In this document: in pieces, positions 1 to 13,810 of the stretch
How the letters are laid out: each line of letters begins with the position of its first letter
How positions within the stretch are numbered: the first letter of the stretch is position 1
Assembly (NCBI RefSeq): GCF_009914755.1
Contig: NC_060929.1
Length of the DNA stretch: 64,000 nt
DNA from: the human T2T-CHM13v2.0 reference genome, Homo sapiens
Direction: 5' to 3' (one strand)
Translations under genes and position numbers: made by a program
The notes under the pieces: generated by a model
Told to the model about the DNA's origin: nothing
Seen by the model: the letters and a program-made list of their open reading frames with translations, nothing else
Database searches by the model: none

Positions 1-122
1 TTCGGGGTTTGAGGATAGCCCGGGGCTTGCTGTTTTCCCTCGAAGCCTCAAGGGTCACATCACGCTTGGTGTTTCTGTCGAACATCCTGAAGAAGTTGTT
101 GTAGGAGCCTGTCATGATGACA
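1..122 (-). CDS. PPP2R2B: PPP2R2B last coding exon (partial, continues past window start)
   Basis: Reverse complement reads ttgcag|T GTC ATC ATG... = (S)[40 protein letters not shown], the B55-beta C-terminus. Acceptor cag at 125-123; phase 2 matches the preceding exon. Confidence 0.96.
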
Positions 123-1644
123 CTGCAAGGCAGAGAGCAAAGGCAATGACATATCTTCACTGTCTTTTCTTTTTGGAGCAAATGATACCATGTTATGGCC
201 AGCTTATGACACCATAGGTTTTATTAAAAACAAAAACCAAAAAATGAGAACAGGCTCTGCAGTGTGATTATTGGCTTTTTGTTTTTTTTTTGTGTTTTTT
301 TTTTTTTTTTTTGAATCACTGAAAGCAATAGGATTTTTGGCTGGGTTTGGAAATGAGGGATGGTGAGAACTCTCCTTGTAATTTGCTTTTGCTCAATAGA
401 TTCTTTTTGCTTCTTTGGCTCAGAAAAGGTGTCCACTGGTTTTAATGATCCCAGTCCTACCTACCTCCCATCAGGAATGTGAGACTAGAATGAGGTTTGT
501 CGAAGTAGACACACTTTTGAAAACAATAAGCAGTTGTACGTGTTTAAGGTTTGGCCACTGTCAACAGGGTTCCTGGGCCGTCTGGCCTCTAAGGCTTCAT
601 GGCATCAGTGCAGTGAGGGGAGAGATGCTAGTGGCATCGTGCACGAACCCGGGGCGCGACCTCTCCCCTGCCGAGAACTAGCTCTGAATTCGGCCTTTTT
701 AGAAAACTTATCTACGAAATGGATGTCATCATGGTCTTATCTAGGAAACAAGTAAGGAAATTCAAATTTTAAAAGAATCTGGGATGGAGAAATAAAAAGA
801 TTTTATATGGTTTTTTTCCCACACTTAATGGACAGATGGTTTCCACATTTTTATAAGTTATCCCCTCTTAGGCATAGCTGCAATCGATCAGGAGAGTGGC
901 AAACACCCAATGTCTTCCAGAGGCAAGGTACTGAATGTTTAATGGTGACATTTCAGACACGGTGACAAGCTGAGGTGGGGAGGGAGAGATTCCTTGGGCC
1001 AGGGCAAGTACCCCAAGTGCCATCACACGGTGGTTCCCCTGGAGTGGGGGGCTCCTACTCATTTCTGGGTGGAGCTCTGACTGGCTCCTTAAGATGGGAG
1101 AGCAGGAACTCTCGTGTATTTCTCAAATGATTTGGGATGTGTAGAGAGGTGAAGGAAAAAGCTGACAAGATTGGGCCACAGCAAGGGGGATGTGTTTTTG
1201 GGCACGTTGTCACCTGTACCAGGTAAATTAAGCAAAGGTTAGATTTTGTTACTCTGGCTCATCAAACTGATACTGTGAACTGTGTCTGTGTACTCGAGTG
1301 GACTGTTATCACCTTGTCAGGCAGGGCGCTGAGGGCTTTGCCTCCATGATCTCGTTTCAACTTCTATTATCCCCTAAAAGGGTTTTACAGAGAAGTAATT
1401 TGCTCAGTGTCACATTGCTAATTGGTGGTAAAGTCCACCCTCAAACCCACATATGGTTGACTCTGGGGCATAAGTATTCAGCCGGTTGGCCTCACTGCTT
1501 CCCATACTTTGACGTTTGCTTGCCCACCATGACCCGACTTATTTTTAAACAAGTAAGAGATTATTTTCCAAAAAAAAAAAAAAAAAGACTACCAACCTTA
1601 TCTGAAAGAGAAATTAAACTTCCCAGTTGTGATGTTATAGAAAG

Positions 1645-1860
1645 AGTGTTGATCTTAGGATTCAAACTCTAAACTTGTTACTTTTGTCTCTACTACTTAC
1701 TACTTTATGAGGTTGGGCAGATTACTTTATCTTGCTAAGCCTCAGTTTCCTTAACTGTAAAATGAGAACGATGGAAGCAATCTTGTTAGACTGTGGTTGG
1801 GATTAAATAAAATGATGTGTACGAATGTGTTTGGTATATAGTAGGTGCCTAATAAGTGTA
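1645..1860 (+). mobile_element. MIR SINE
   Basis: Core gcctcagtttccttaactgtaaaatgag...ggattaaataa. Confidence 0.7.
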
Positions 1861-2866
1861 ATTTTTGAATCAAGGCTAAGATAGAGGAAAAACTTGAGCA
1901 ATAATAACAGATATGTAAATAATAATATATGAATAAATAAATACCTATAAATAAATAATAAAATGAGAGGGCTGGCTTCTTTTTCCCATGGTGGATTTTG
2001 TTCTTATGTCACAGTTGCTTTGCTCTCTGTCCTATACCAACTGGTCAGTGTGACTTGGGTCCTTTGCCACGTGGAGACTCCTTCCAAGCCTGCTAAGGAG
2101 GGGATTCATTTTGGATCAGTGGCAAAGAAAGCCAAGAAACAGGTGGAGTGTGAGAGAGAGACAGTTCATATTCACTGAAAGCTTGAATCTCTGAATGTCT
2201 TGCCATAACAGAATTTCTATGCTTTCAAACACTATTATTGGTGCCACCTTCATCAAGGAACGAAATCAGCCCCTGGTAGCTTGCACTTAGTTCTCATGGA
2301 AATCAGAGAATCATTTGTATTTGTCAAACTAAAAATGAACTATTGGGAGGTATTATGAAGCACTGTTCAAATCAAAGGCCTTAAAATAGTAATAAATCAC
2401 TTTGAGGGAATGTGATAAATGAGGTTGACTAGAATTCAGTTAATGAACTACCAGGGCCGTTGGCCAGGTCTCCACTAGCAGCTTCAAGGGATAATTTTTG
2501 ATCTGGAAAGCCTACTTGGCATTAATCTGAACTGTTCAGGCTGGAATTTGCTGGTGGATAAGTGATCTTCATTTAGGCATGTTGACCTAGTGCTGGAGGT
2601 GTCTTGTGTGAAAAAGATAGGACTTTCTTATTAACATTAAGGTGTTATCTGTGCCAGTTCAGAAACAGGATTCAAAGGCCTTACTACATCCTTCTCTTCT
2701 TTCCAGCCTTGACTTCAAGGGTCACTAGGGGCCCACATTATGCATTTCAGCCAGGTTTTGGGGCCCAATTTTGACCTCCCTTTGGCTGTACTCTACTTAG
2801 GATAAATTCCCTGAGCCTCTTCAAGACAATCTTTGGAAGGTTCTTCAGCCACAGAGCCTTTCTTAC

Positions 2867-2958
2867 CTGTCTGACCCATTCCACACACACTCAAATTTAT
2901 CAAAAATGCAGTCATTTTCATAGAGGGAACACAGCTTGCTGCGGAGGTAGTCATGAAC
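2867..2958 (-). CDS. PPP2R2B: PPP2R2B coding exon (92 nt)
   Basis: cag|GTT CAT GAC...GAC AG|gtaaga encodes [30 protein letters not shown], including the B55 signature [11 protein letters not shown]. Not in the ORF track. Confidence 0.97.
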
Positions 2959-3274
2959 CTGGAGAGGAAACATATCGAGAAGGTCAGTTATTATTTTAAA
3001 CAGTAATTATTTCTGCAAACACCTCCTCTTCTGATGTGAGCTGTTAAATCTTTCATTGTACATGCTCTTTGAATCAGATGGCCTTGGATCTGAACCTAGG
3101 CTTGGCCCTTTTAGCTGTAGGACATTAGGATGGGTTGATGAGCTTCTCATGTAGATGATATGGATTAATCAAGCTTGCTTGTATAGACAGTGGCATCCAG
3201 TAAGACTAAATAAGTGGTAGATTCTCATTTTCTAAGCTGATTTGCTCACAGGCATTAGAGATCACCATTCATGC

Positions 3275-4060
3275 AGTCTTTTATTCAACAAATATTTACT
3301 GAATACCTACTACGCACTTGAGATGCAGCAGTGAGCCAAATATCCTTGCAGTGCTTTTGACCCAGTGTCAGGTGACAGATTATATAACCAAGTAAATAAA
3401 TAAGATGTTTAGATGGTGATAAAATCATAGAACAAAAGTGTATGGAAAAAGAGCCTGGGAGATCTTGTCGGGGGTGTATTATTTTATACAGGGCAAGTAG
3501 TCAGGGCTTCACTGGATGAGGTAGCACTGGAGCAGAAGCCTGCAGGAGATGAATGAGCCACAGTGATGTCTGGGTTTGGGGTGAGGGGAAGGCTCTCCAA
3601 GCATAGGAAACAGCAAACATAAAGGCCTAGAGGCAGGAATCCTGGAGGGAGTGTGGTGGGAGAGGAGTGAGTAAGCAGCTGGGGGAGAGGATGATCAGTT
3701 TACATAGGCCCTTTATTCTGAGGAAGAAGAGACCTCACAGAAAGGATTGCTGAATCTGCTGTGTTGCAATGGATCCTAAGGGTGCAAAGGCAAAGGGAGG
3801 GAGACCAGTTATAACCTGAGTGATAGATTCTGGCCTGGACCAGGGCATGAGCAGTGATGGGGACTGGTCAGATTCTCCTTTTGTTTAGGGAAAGAGCAGA
3901 TAGGACTTGGGTCAACTCTGAGGTGTGGAGAGAAAAACAGGAGTCAAAGATGACTCCCTGATCTTTCTCCTGAGCAAGTGGAAGGAGTAGGTACCATGTT
4001 CACTTTTGGGTACAATGGTTTAGAGATGTCTACATGTGGAGCTGTCGAGTAGACTCTGAG
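3275..4060 (-). mobile_element. L2 LINE 3' fragment
   Basis: attcaacaaatatttactgaatacctac terminus followed by purine-rich antisense L2 body. Confidence 0.65.
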
Positions 4061-5892
4061 GTGAAAGGTGCTGTCCTGGAGTATGTGGCGATTCTTTCCT
4101 GGTTTCTCTTTTCCAGTGAAAGCAGCCAGCATGGTTATCAACTAAGAGTGAGCAGGAGAGAGAAAGGGTTGAGAAACAGTGTCAGATTTCTGGAAGGCAC
4201 CAGGGGACACTTGACGTTGTTGGACATGTATGTCAAATAAGGCTCATCAAGCATAGTTGAATATTTTTCTCCAGCTACATTCAGCAACTCAGCTGTAGAT
4301 GCCAAATAGATGAATAAGGTTCAGAGAGTAGTAGCCTGGGTTCTCTGTTTTGAAGGTAATCCTTCCTGAACCCACTAGCACGGAGTGGCAATAATAACGG
4401 GCATACCCAATATGCTGGCTTGTCATTATTAGCCAGGTGCTTTATCTGTCAAAACCTCATTTCATCTCTAAAGCCATCTTATGATGTAGGTACTTTCATT
4501 CTCTTTACTTTAATGGAGCATGAAGCACAGAGATAAGACATCATTTGTCCAAGATCACACAGAAAAAGTGACAGAAGGGGAGGGAACTGAGCCCCGGTAT
4601 CAGGCTCTGGAGTGCACACTCTGAGCTGCACTAGCAACCTGCCTCCAGCTTGCTCTGGTGGGTCCTCAGTCCTTGACAGGAGCTGTGATAATGAACTCAA
4701 GTGAGGCTGAGAGAGAAGGAGATAGAACTGTGTGAAAGCAGAGGGAGGCTACCAAGGGCATTGGTGTTTAAGTTAAGAGTGATGATTCGATCTCTTTTTT
4801 CCTGCAACTGTGGCTCTTTCTCTTCCTTCGACTCCAACAGTTCTGCTGGATGCAGAGCTTCAGGCTCTTAGTCTTGGGCAAAGGAACGAGGTCAGGCTCA
4901 TCCTATGTTCCATTAGATGTTCTGGGTATTTGAAAAGCTCTGAGTTATTTGGACAGAGGAAGTTATTTCTAACTCTGCAAATTAATTTTCCCCCACCTTT
5001 ACTCTCTCACTTCCAAACAGTTCCAGGCCTTGTCAGGGTAACAGCTTCAGTGCTTTGGTGACAAGGGAATACCCCTACAGCAGTGCTCTTGGCATTGTTA
5101 GGTGCATTTGGGGGCTGCAAGGGTGAGGCTGTGTCCTGCCCTTACAGAGGCATCTCTGCTATAAACTAACTCATTCACCTTCGCTAGGGGGCACAGCAGT
5201 AAAGGTATATAAACTGGGCAGTGGCAAGGTTTTTAAGGTCTAGTTCCATATGTCCGCTTTGTGATGAACCTTTCCTCATCTGTCACCATTCACCTTCGGC
5301 ATTTTGTCTTATTACTCACCTGCAGTGTTTCTATAAGTGTCAAAACATGTGTGCTTTGGAAGTCACGCCCATTAGCAGGAATGACATTGCTGAGAACTCT
5401 GTAAATAATTCTTGAAAGATAGAAGTTGGGATAGATTCAAGGGAAAACCTAGTCTGAACCATTATTTCTCCACCATACCTAAGGTCTGGGTAGCTCCTAT
5501 CTGCCTCCAATTGACAGCATTTAAAGAAAAAGAATGTCTACTATGAAGGTATGCTGTATTTATGTTTTGTTGCACAGAAAAAAAGTCTTCTTAGGCAAAC
5601 CAGAGGGACCTTTTTCTACTAGAGGAAAGAATAAAGTGAGATGTATACATGAGCAACCTCTAGAGCTTGGAGCAAGAGAGAACTTAAAACTCATCCTATT
5701 TGATGTTCTTTCTTCATGTTCCTAGTATGACTTTTCTATGATCCTATTAATTTGTGCATGGGATTTTGGACGCCAGACTGAGTGTCCCAGTACAGTGTTT
5801 CTCATATTTATTTGTGGGAGTCCAGTGTCATATAGTTAGTGGACTGCTATGAGGCAAACAAAGAGCCAACTCTATTGGTCCGTTCTTATATT

Positions 5893-6115
5893 TCAAGTGT
5901 TGACAAACTTTTTCTCCAAAGGGCCGGATAGTAAATATTTTAAGCTCTGTGGGCCATATGGTCTCTGTGACAGCTACTAAACTCTGCCATTGTGCATGGA
6001 AGCAGCCATAGAAGATATGTAAATGACTGTACATGGCTGTGTCTTAATAAAATTTACCTACAAAGACAAATAGGGGGCTGGTTTGGAACACACGTTGCAG
6101 TCTGCCAACCCTTGT
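5893..6115. mobile_element. MER58A-like hAT-Charlie MITE
   Basis: caagtgttgacaaact...aagggccggatagtaaatatttt...gtctgccaacccttg with degenerate TIRs. Confidence 0.78.
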
Positions 6116-6270
6116 TCTATGGAAAAACTTGAAAATAGCTAATCATACTTAAGTCTGCAGCCTTTTATTCACGGAAATGTGATTGAGATCTGTGAATGCA
6201 TGTATGAAAATGTATAATAGTAGCATTACCTGTCTCCTTGCCCAGGGCAGGCATTATTAACTGATCTTTC

Positions 6271-6342
6271 ATTAACTAATTTCTTTCCCACTGGACCTCA
6301 CAACCTATTAACTAATTTCTTTCCCACTGGACCTCACAATCT
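6271..6342. repeat. 36-bp tandem duplication (2 copies, 1 mismatch)
   Basis: attaactaatttctttcccactggacctcacaa(c/t)ct twice. Confidence 0.9.
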
Positions 6343-6949
6343 ATCATGGTGTTCTGGAGGCTCACTGAATCAGAGTTTGTTTACCATCATCTTTAAATTA
6401 CTTCACGTAAAAGCTAGCTGGCTGTGTTCTAAAACTAGCTTTGTCCTAAATCTACTCTTCCTAGTTAAGGCTCCCCAGCAGCCACACACGGGTCCTAGTT
6501 CCCACTGCCCTTTCTTTTGCATTAAGGATTCGAATCCTGTAAGGTTTGTCTTATGCAGCTGGAAGAGGACACTGAGGTGACTCTAGTCCTGGGCTAAAGA
6601 TGAAGGGCTGCAAATGAAAGCTTGGGGGCAAGTGATGTGGAGCCAAGCCCTGAAGTCGAGGTAGGATTCAGGAGACAGGAACACTAAATAACAGGGAGTA
6701 CGATGGACCACAGGGGAAACAAAGCTATCTCCACTACATATATGGCTGTGAATTCTGGCTCCCAAACCTTTCTCCAGCCCTGCTGGAACACAGAGTCATC
6801 AAAGTCTTCAACCTCCTCTCTGAACCTTTCCTTCTTCTTCCTCTGACTGGAATTTGGATCTCCTCTGAAGACACTCAAGTGGTAGCTAGAATTTTGCTGT
6901 CACTCCACATGCCAGTGTTGGGTAGCTGGGCTCCTTGTTGCTCCAGACA

Positions 6950-8780
6950 ACTATTCCTATTTAAAGTCTTCAACTCCTTTGAAGTCATGCCATCAAACTA
7001 AGCTTCCTGCTACCTGTCCTTCTTTCAGCCACCAAAAGTTCTGAGTCCCTAATCCTCATCCCTTGAAGCAAGTTTGTATCTCTGTCTCTCTTCCATTACT
7101 ATTCCTGCCACTATTTTTAGTTATTCAGGCACTCTAGTCTCTCTCTTACGTGGTCTCATCTATTCAATGTGTTTTGTCCTTTGCTTCCTTGGTCATATTA
7201 TGAACCTTGTCATTGCTATCCCTGTACCTGTCATTGCTATCCCTGTTGCTGTTGTTACCTCCTGTCTTTTTAGTTCACTCCTTCTAGTATGTTGATTCTA
7301 TCAATTCTTAAAATTCATTATTTCCCCTTTTCCCTACCTTCGATTCAGCAGTACATCGTTACAATCAATCACTCCTTTAGCATATATATTCAACAAGCTT
7401 GCCTTTCTTGCTCTCTCTTTCCATTGTACTCATTTGGCAAAACTCCATCACTGGTTAAATCTTACTTTCTACCCTTTGTTTACCTGTACCAAGCAGGTGA
7501 ATGTGGCTGGGAAGAAACATAAAATCATACAGGTTAATTTCCCTTTAAAGCAATTATATAGATTTCAAGTGGATCCCTGAGCAACCCTACCACCCTACAA
7601 CATTTCTCTTAGATGAGTACTTTACCACTTTTCTTCCTTCCCATTCAGCTAATGACCTTACTACTTATTTTACTAAAGAAAACACCTACATGTTCCCATC
7701 ACAAAATTCACAAACCTACTTCATCTATATAAGAAAACTACTCTCCTTCCTTTGATAGATGAATTATCTTTGCATCTTACCATCTACAGCCAATTCTGCA
7801 ATGGACTCCATCCCCTCTGGCTTCCCCCAAGGGCTTTGCTCCTTCAGCGGTCTCTCTCTAATGGTCTCTCTCTCTAGTGGCTTATTCCTATCAGCAGAAA
7901 ACATGCTGTAATAACTTCCTTCAGCCAGAATCCCATTTCAGCTACCCTTCCATTTCTCTGTTCTCCTTCAGAGTAAACTTGTTGAAACAGTTGTCTGTCC
8001 TCATAATGTTCCCATCTTCAGTTTCTTGAACTCACTCCAATTGGACATTTATTCACACTGCTCTACTGCTGTTCCTCTGTCATTCAGGTTACTGATAATC
8101 TCCACTTACTAAATCCAAGTTCATAGTCTTCTGTACTTGATTCAGCAAAGCATTTGGCAGTTGATGACTTATTTTTCCTTAAGACAGTTTCTCTATTTGG
8201 CTTCCTAGTCACTCCTCTCATCTCACTGGCTAGTTTCCCCAAATCTCTCTTGCCAAATCCTCTTCCTATTCTCAACTAGGTCATATTTTCTGACCTCTTC
8301 TTTAATTATACTAATTGTCTAGAAGATCTCATCCAGTCCTATGGCTTTAAATACCCTCTACATACTTGTGAGTGTCAGATTTATATCTTGAAGCTAAATA
8401 TATCCAGACTCACATTGAAGTGTCTACCTGCTGTGTCTGTTTGGATGTTTAATTGGCTTAACAGAGCCAAAACCAAACTTTCGATTTTCTCATCTAAATA
8501 ACTTGGCAACTCTACTTTTCTAATTGCTCAGGACAAAAATTTTGGAGTAATCCTTGGTGCTTCTTTCTTTTCCTGTTATATCCCGCATCAAATTTGTCCT
8601 CAAGCCTTATTGCTTTTACCTTGGAGATATATCAAGAATCTGGCTACCTTCATTGCTAATACACTCATCTAAGCTACTATTGCCGCTTGCCAGAATGTTA
8701 TAACTATTCTCCTGTCTCTTCCAATGTCCCTCCCACAGTTTCTCCTCCCCAGCACAACCAGAATGTTCATTTAAAAATGT
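6950..8780 (+). mobile_element. Degenerate L2 LINE
   Basis: Pyrimidine-rich L2-like text (cagcaaagcatttggcagttga, ctcatccagtcctatggctttaaata); boundaries approximate. Confidence 0.55.
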
Positions 8781-9548
8781 CAATGATGAAAATGATCTGG
8801 AATTAGATAATGGTGGTTTGTGAGTAAACTAAGATCATTGAATTGTGCACTTTGAAAGGCTGATTATTATGTACATTATATCTCAAGGAAAAAATGTAAG
8901 TCAAATCCTTCTGTCTAGAATCCCCCACTTCTTTTTATCTAACCCCAAATAGCTTAAAATAGGGTTAGTTTATCTCCAGCACTTGATCTTTGCTTTCATT
9001 ATACTCTTGCTTGGACCTGGATTTTGCTTCTTTAAGTCCTCTCTACTTCAAAGTCTGGTCTTCCTCTTTCAACAAAACCACCCTATACAATGCCTTTTCC
9101 TTTGTTTCCTTGCATTTACACCATCCACCCAACACTTAAATCCAAAACTTCCACACAGTCTTCTTGATTCCCTCTCCCTGCACATTTGATCAGTAAGCAA
9201 ACCTCACTGACTCTTCATCCTACCCATCCTTCCATCTGCACGCTACCATCACCAGACCAAATTGCCATCATCTCCTCTTATCTAAATTGTCTGTTTGGCA
9301 AACTGCAAAGTGAAACACACAGTAAAAAGTAAAACTCACAATGTTATTTCCTGGTGTAAAACTTTAATGGTCCTCCATTGTACCCAGTCCACAGGCAAAA
9401 CAGCCTACTGTATATTACCAGGGCCTAGTGATCAGCCCCTTGCCTCTATCTCCAGGCTCATCCTTCTGCCTTTGTGATTCATATTCAAGGTGTAAGCACC
9501 CTGAACACACCTCATTTCTCTTGACACCAGGCCTTTGAACACACTGTG

Positions 9549-9750
9549 TTTTTAATTATTACACTGTAAGTTCTGAGATACATGTGCAGAACATGCAGGT
9601 TTGTTACATATGTATACATGTGCCATGGTGGTTTGCTGCACCCATCAACCTGTCATCTACATTAGGTATTTCTCCTAATGCTAGTCCTCCCTGAGCCCCC
9701 CACCCTCTGACAGGCCCCAGTGTATGATGTTCCCCTTCCTGCGTCCATGT
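9549..9750 (-). mobile_element. L1PA (about PA7) 3' end fragment
   Basis: Antisense L1PA 3'UTR, flanked by TSD-like tgaacacact on both sides. Confidence 0.8.
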
Positions 9751-10186
9751 GAACACACTATTTTAAGAGCATGCATTTCCTGACTAGTTCATGGCAGTTA
9801 AGACTCAGTTTAAGGGTCACTTCTTTGGGAAAACCTTTCTCACCTGGCTGGACCATCTCTTGCAGAGATGCACACTCAATTCCTTGTTCATCATCTGACT
9901 TTTCCACCAGATGGTAAGCTGCATGAGAGCAGGACCATTTGTTTACCTCTATAGTATCCATTCCACATGAAGTGCTCTGTCCATATCAATTAAATTGAAT
10001 TCTAGCCTCTCCACATGTACCGTTATCTTAAATCCTGTGGCACTTATAGCCTGTACCATTTTACTGAATGTATCACCATGCATTGCCTTCCATTTTGCTG
10101 CACTGTAAACCTTTGGAAGCAGGGGCTGACTTAAAAGCTCATGAAGGGAATGTTCAATATACCTATGGGTGCCTGGGGTTCTATAC

Positions 10187-10356
10187 CTGGTAAGTCTCGA
10201 TGGGGCGGTTTTCCATGTTGAGATCCCAGACTTTGACGGTCAAGTAGTCCCTGGTCATGATATACCTCCCACTGTGGCTGAACTTCACATCCGAAATCGA
10301 AGAGATAATTTCAGAGAAAAATGATCTGTTGCTTGGATCTTCCGGCTCTTCAAAAA
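10187..10356 (-). CDS. PPP2R2B: PPP2R2B coding exon (170 nt)
   Basis: cag|TT TTT GAA...TAC CAG|gtatag encodes (F)[56 protein letters not shown] (WD40 repeats). Phase 1 start, phase 0 end. Confidence 0.97.
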
Positions 10357-10694
10357 CTGCAGAACAAAAGCAAAACAAGACAAATTTAGCAATCCTTATC
10401 AACTGACTCTAACATGTTTGGACTGGCTAGGAAGCTGACAGTGTAACTGAGAGTCTTAAGTAGGGCTGGTGTCTGCAGAATGTAAGTTGCTAATAGAGAA
10501 CTGTCATCTCTCTGGTAGCGGAAAAAGCTGTCATTAGTTTCTGGATTTTAATTCTCATGGAAGGACTGGCATGGGACCCGTCCCATCATAGATCTGGCAC
10601 TGACAGATCTATGTATCTAACTCTGTTTCTGTTTCCCTTGGTATCTGGGTGTCACTGCACAAAATCTGGAGTCATGTTAAGATAGTTAAAAAAA

Positions 10695-11182
10695 TTTGTT
10701 TTACAGCTTTAGTGAGATACAATTCACATACCACAAAATGTAGAGTTCAGTAGTTTTTAGTATAATCACAAAATCATTGCTATAATCTAAATTTAGAATA
10801 TGTTCTTTACCTCCCCCCAAAAACTCCATATCCATTGGCAGTTACTTTCCATTCCCTGCTCCTATAGTACTAGGTAAACACCATCTACTTTCTGATTCTC
10901 ATTCTGGAAATTTCACATAAATAGAATCATAGAATATATGGTCATTTGGGACTGGCTCCTTTTACTTGGCATAAAATTTTCAAGGTTCATCCATGTCGTA
11001 GCATGTATCAGGTCTTCATTCTTCCTATGGCTGAATAGTATTCCATTGTATGAATATACCACATTTTGTTTATCCATTTTATGAGCATTTGAGTTGTTTC
11101 CACTTTTTAGCTGCTAGGAATAACACTGCTATGATTATACATGTATAAGTTTTTGTCTGGTCATATGTTTTCATTTCTCTTG
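10695..11182 (-). mobile_element. L1MB-type 3' end fragment
   Basis: Typical antisense L1M 3'UTR (gagatacaattcacatac...aggttcatccatgtcgtagcatg...ttccattgtatg). Confidence 0.75.
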
Positions 11183-11212
11183 TTGGCTCACGGTGTTTAA
11201 TAGTGAAACTTT

Positions 11213-11464
11213 GGCCAGGTGTGGTGGCTCATGCCTGTATTCAGCACTTTGGGAGGCCTAGGCGGGAAGATCACTTAAACCCAAGATTTCAAGACCAGCC
11301 TGGATAACATAGGAAGATTCTATTGCTATAAAAAGTTAGCCAGGCATGGTGGGGCATGCCTGTGGTCCCAGCTACTTGGGTGGATGAGCTACTATTGGGC
11401 CACTGCACCCCAGCCTGGGCAACAGATCGAGATCCTGTCTTCAGAAAAGGAAGAAATAAAAAAA
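11213..11464 (+). mobile_element. AluJ-like, with right-arm deletion
   Basis: ggccaggtgtggtggctcatgcctgta...cagcctgggcaacaga plus A-rich tail. Confidence 0.85.
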
Positions 11465-13609
11465 GTGGTGCTTTCTTACTGGACTGCCTTGGGTCTAAGC
11501 CTGTCATTTACTTGTTGTGTGACCTTAGGCAAGATACTTCTCTGTGCCTTAGGTTTCCTTATATGTAAACTGTAACTATGATGTCTTTTTAAAATTAACA
11601 AAATTTCTAAATTTGTATAAACTTAATGGGTACAAGTGTGGTTTTGTTACATAGATATATTGCATAGTGGTGAGGTCTGGACTTCTAGTGTAACCATTAG
11701 CCAAATAGTGTACATTGAACCCACAATGTCTTTTGTGTGGATTGTCTATTTGCACTGATATCCAGGTTCTTATTATCTCTCTCAATAGCTTCAGCTGATT
11801 TCCACTTACAGGAAAAAGGCATGGCTTCTCAGTATGTTATTGGAGCCCATCACAAACTGCCTCTAATTCTTTCTACCTTGATTTTAAGTTGGATGTATAG
11901 AGTATATCTCGATATTTCCCACTTCTATTCATTGCCTGATTCTTTCTTCACTGATCCAAATACTCTTTGATGCATATACCTCATCTACTACATATTATTT
12001 CACCCCAAATGATCTTTTCTTTTCTCTGAAGCCCTATCATGCTTGGTCTGGTCATTTATTTAGTATTTGCTCAGGTACTCTCTTACAATGGAACTATCAT
12101 TTTTCACATTATTATTATTATTTTAACAACTGATGAGTTTGTTTTATCTCTTCAACTAGGACATAAGCTTCCTGAGAACAGGATTTTGGTCTTATTTTCG
12201 TATTCAGAGTCTTACTCACAAATGTTCAATGAATATTTGTTGCTTCACTGGAGCCAAAGCCAGATAAATTAACAGATTCTTTGCCTTCTGGGTGCTTAGC
12301 ATGTATAGTATTCAGCTGAAACATATGCATTTGCTGACATTCAATTATTTTTGACCTACAAAGATGGCAATTGTGTATGGCTAAACCGAATAAGGGTTTA
12401 TATCACAATTTTAGGCTGAACCAAACACTGGCCTGCAGGTTGCTGAGTTAACTTATCCTCCAAGACTACTTCTTTCCTGCCTGCTCAATGCACTCGCATA
12501 GTCAGTAATGAATTCTATATAAAGAACCCAAGTATATAATTAAGTTGCTGAATTAAACCGTGAACTAAGCCAAAACGTTAATTTTCACAGAACCATTGAA
12601 GAGAATAGCAACAAAAGCCCTGATCAATCAGAATTGAAATTGCAAAAATTTTAAAAAAATCATTGAAACAGAAAAACATGGCTTATTACAGCCTCTGACC
12701 CAATGTCTTAGTCTCTGCCCTCAGCTTTTGGGCTTCGGCTGAGTATTAGTGAAGGCCCCTGGATTCTGATTGGTATCTTCATAGTTGAGAACTAGATAGG
12801 AAGAAAATTTTCACATTAGTTTCAACTAACAGCTATGTCATTAGTATTGGAGGTTTGGAAATTCCAAGTAAAACACCTGATCCAGAGGCAGTAAAGTGGA
12901 TGGGCTTAGTAAATTGTGCTCTGGAGTCATCAATTCCTGCCTCTGTCAGTTACTAGCCATGATCATTTTATTTACTACTCCAGCTTTAGTTTTCCCAGCT
13001 GCAAAAAGAGGAGCCACATTGCTTGGCATATAAGCTTGGTACGCAGTAGGTCCTCAGTATATGCCATCACTATTTTCATTTTCAGCATGCACTGCTTCTG
13101 TGCTGGCCAGTCATATCTCATTCAACAAGACTCTTGAGAATTTGGGACCAAGGAGTACAGAACCTGCGGACTATTTGAAAGACATAAAGAATGTTTACAT
13201 TTTCTCTTCTTTAAACTCAAATCTATTTTATAATGTTTAAATTGACAACAAAATTGTATATGTTTATGGTGCCTTTCAATGTTATACATAGGAATCTGTT
13301 TCCCAAATACTTGGCATATTGGGAAGCCAGTGCAGCAACACTGTAAAGCCTCACAATGACACCTTCACAAGATGGATGTGAAATGAAAGATGACAATTCT
13401 TCAATCAACCTACCACCATTTATTTGTGGAGTGCCGGCTTAAGGTAGCACACAGAGGGCAAGGTACAGATAACATACCAGCACAGCACTTTGTAGTTCAT
13501 GACATATCTATGTATATTCAAGTTTTAATAGCAGCTCCAGGAATTATTTTCCTTCCTTGGGTAATAGCATTTAATAGTATTAATAATTACTTTTGATGGG
13601 AAGCTTATA

Positions 13610-13810
13610 ATACTGCAGGCCCTGTGCTTTACATGTTTTATTTCATTTAGTTGTTAAAACAGCCTATGAAGTAGGAATTATGATTCTTCATTTTATATAT
13701 GTGGATAACTAAGGCACAGAGAGGTTTTATAACCAGTCCAGGGACACACTGAGATAGAGCTGCATTTTGAACTCACATCTATCTGACTTCAAAATCTTTG
13801 TTCTTAATCA
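13610..13810 (-). mobile_element. MIR SINE
   Basis: Antisense core cattttata...aactaaggcacagagaggtt. Confidence 0.68.

Noticed and set aside
12370-12700. Repeated aaaccg/gaacc motifs suggesting an old hAT-type element
   Set aside because: Too degenerate to define termini or a family by eye.
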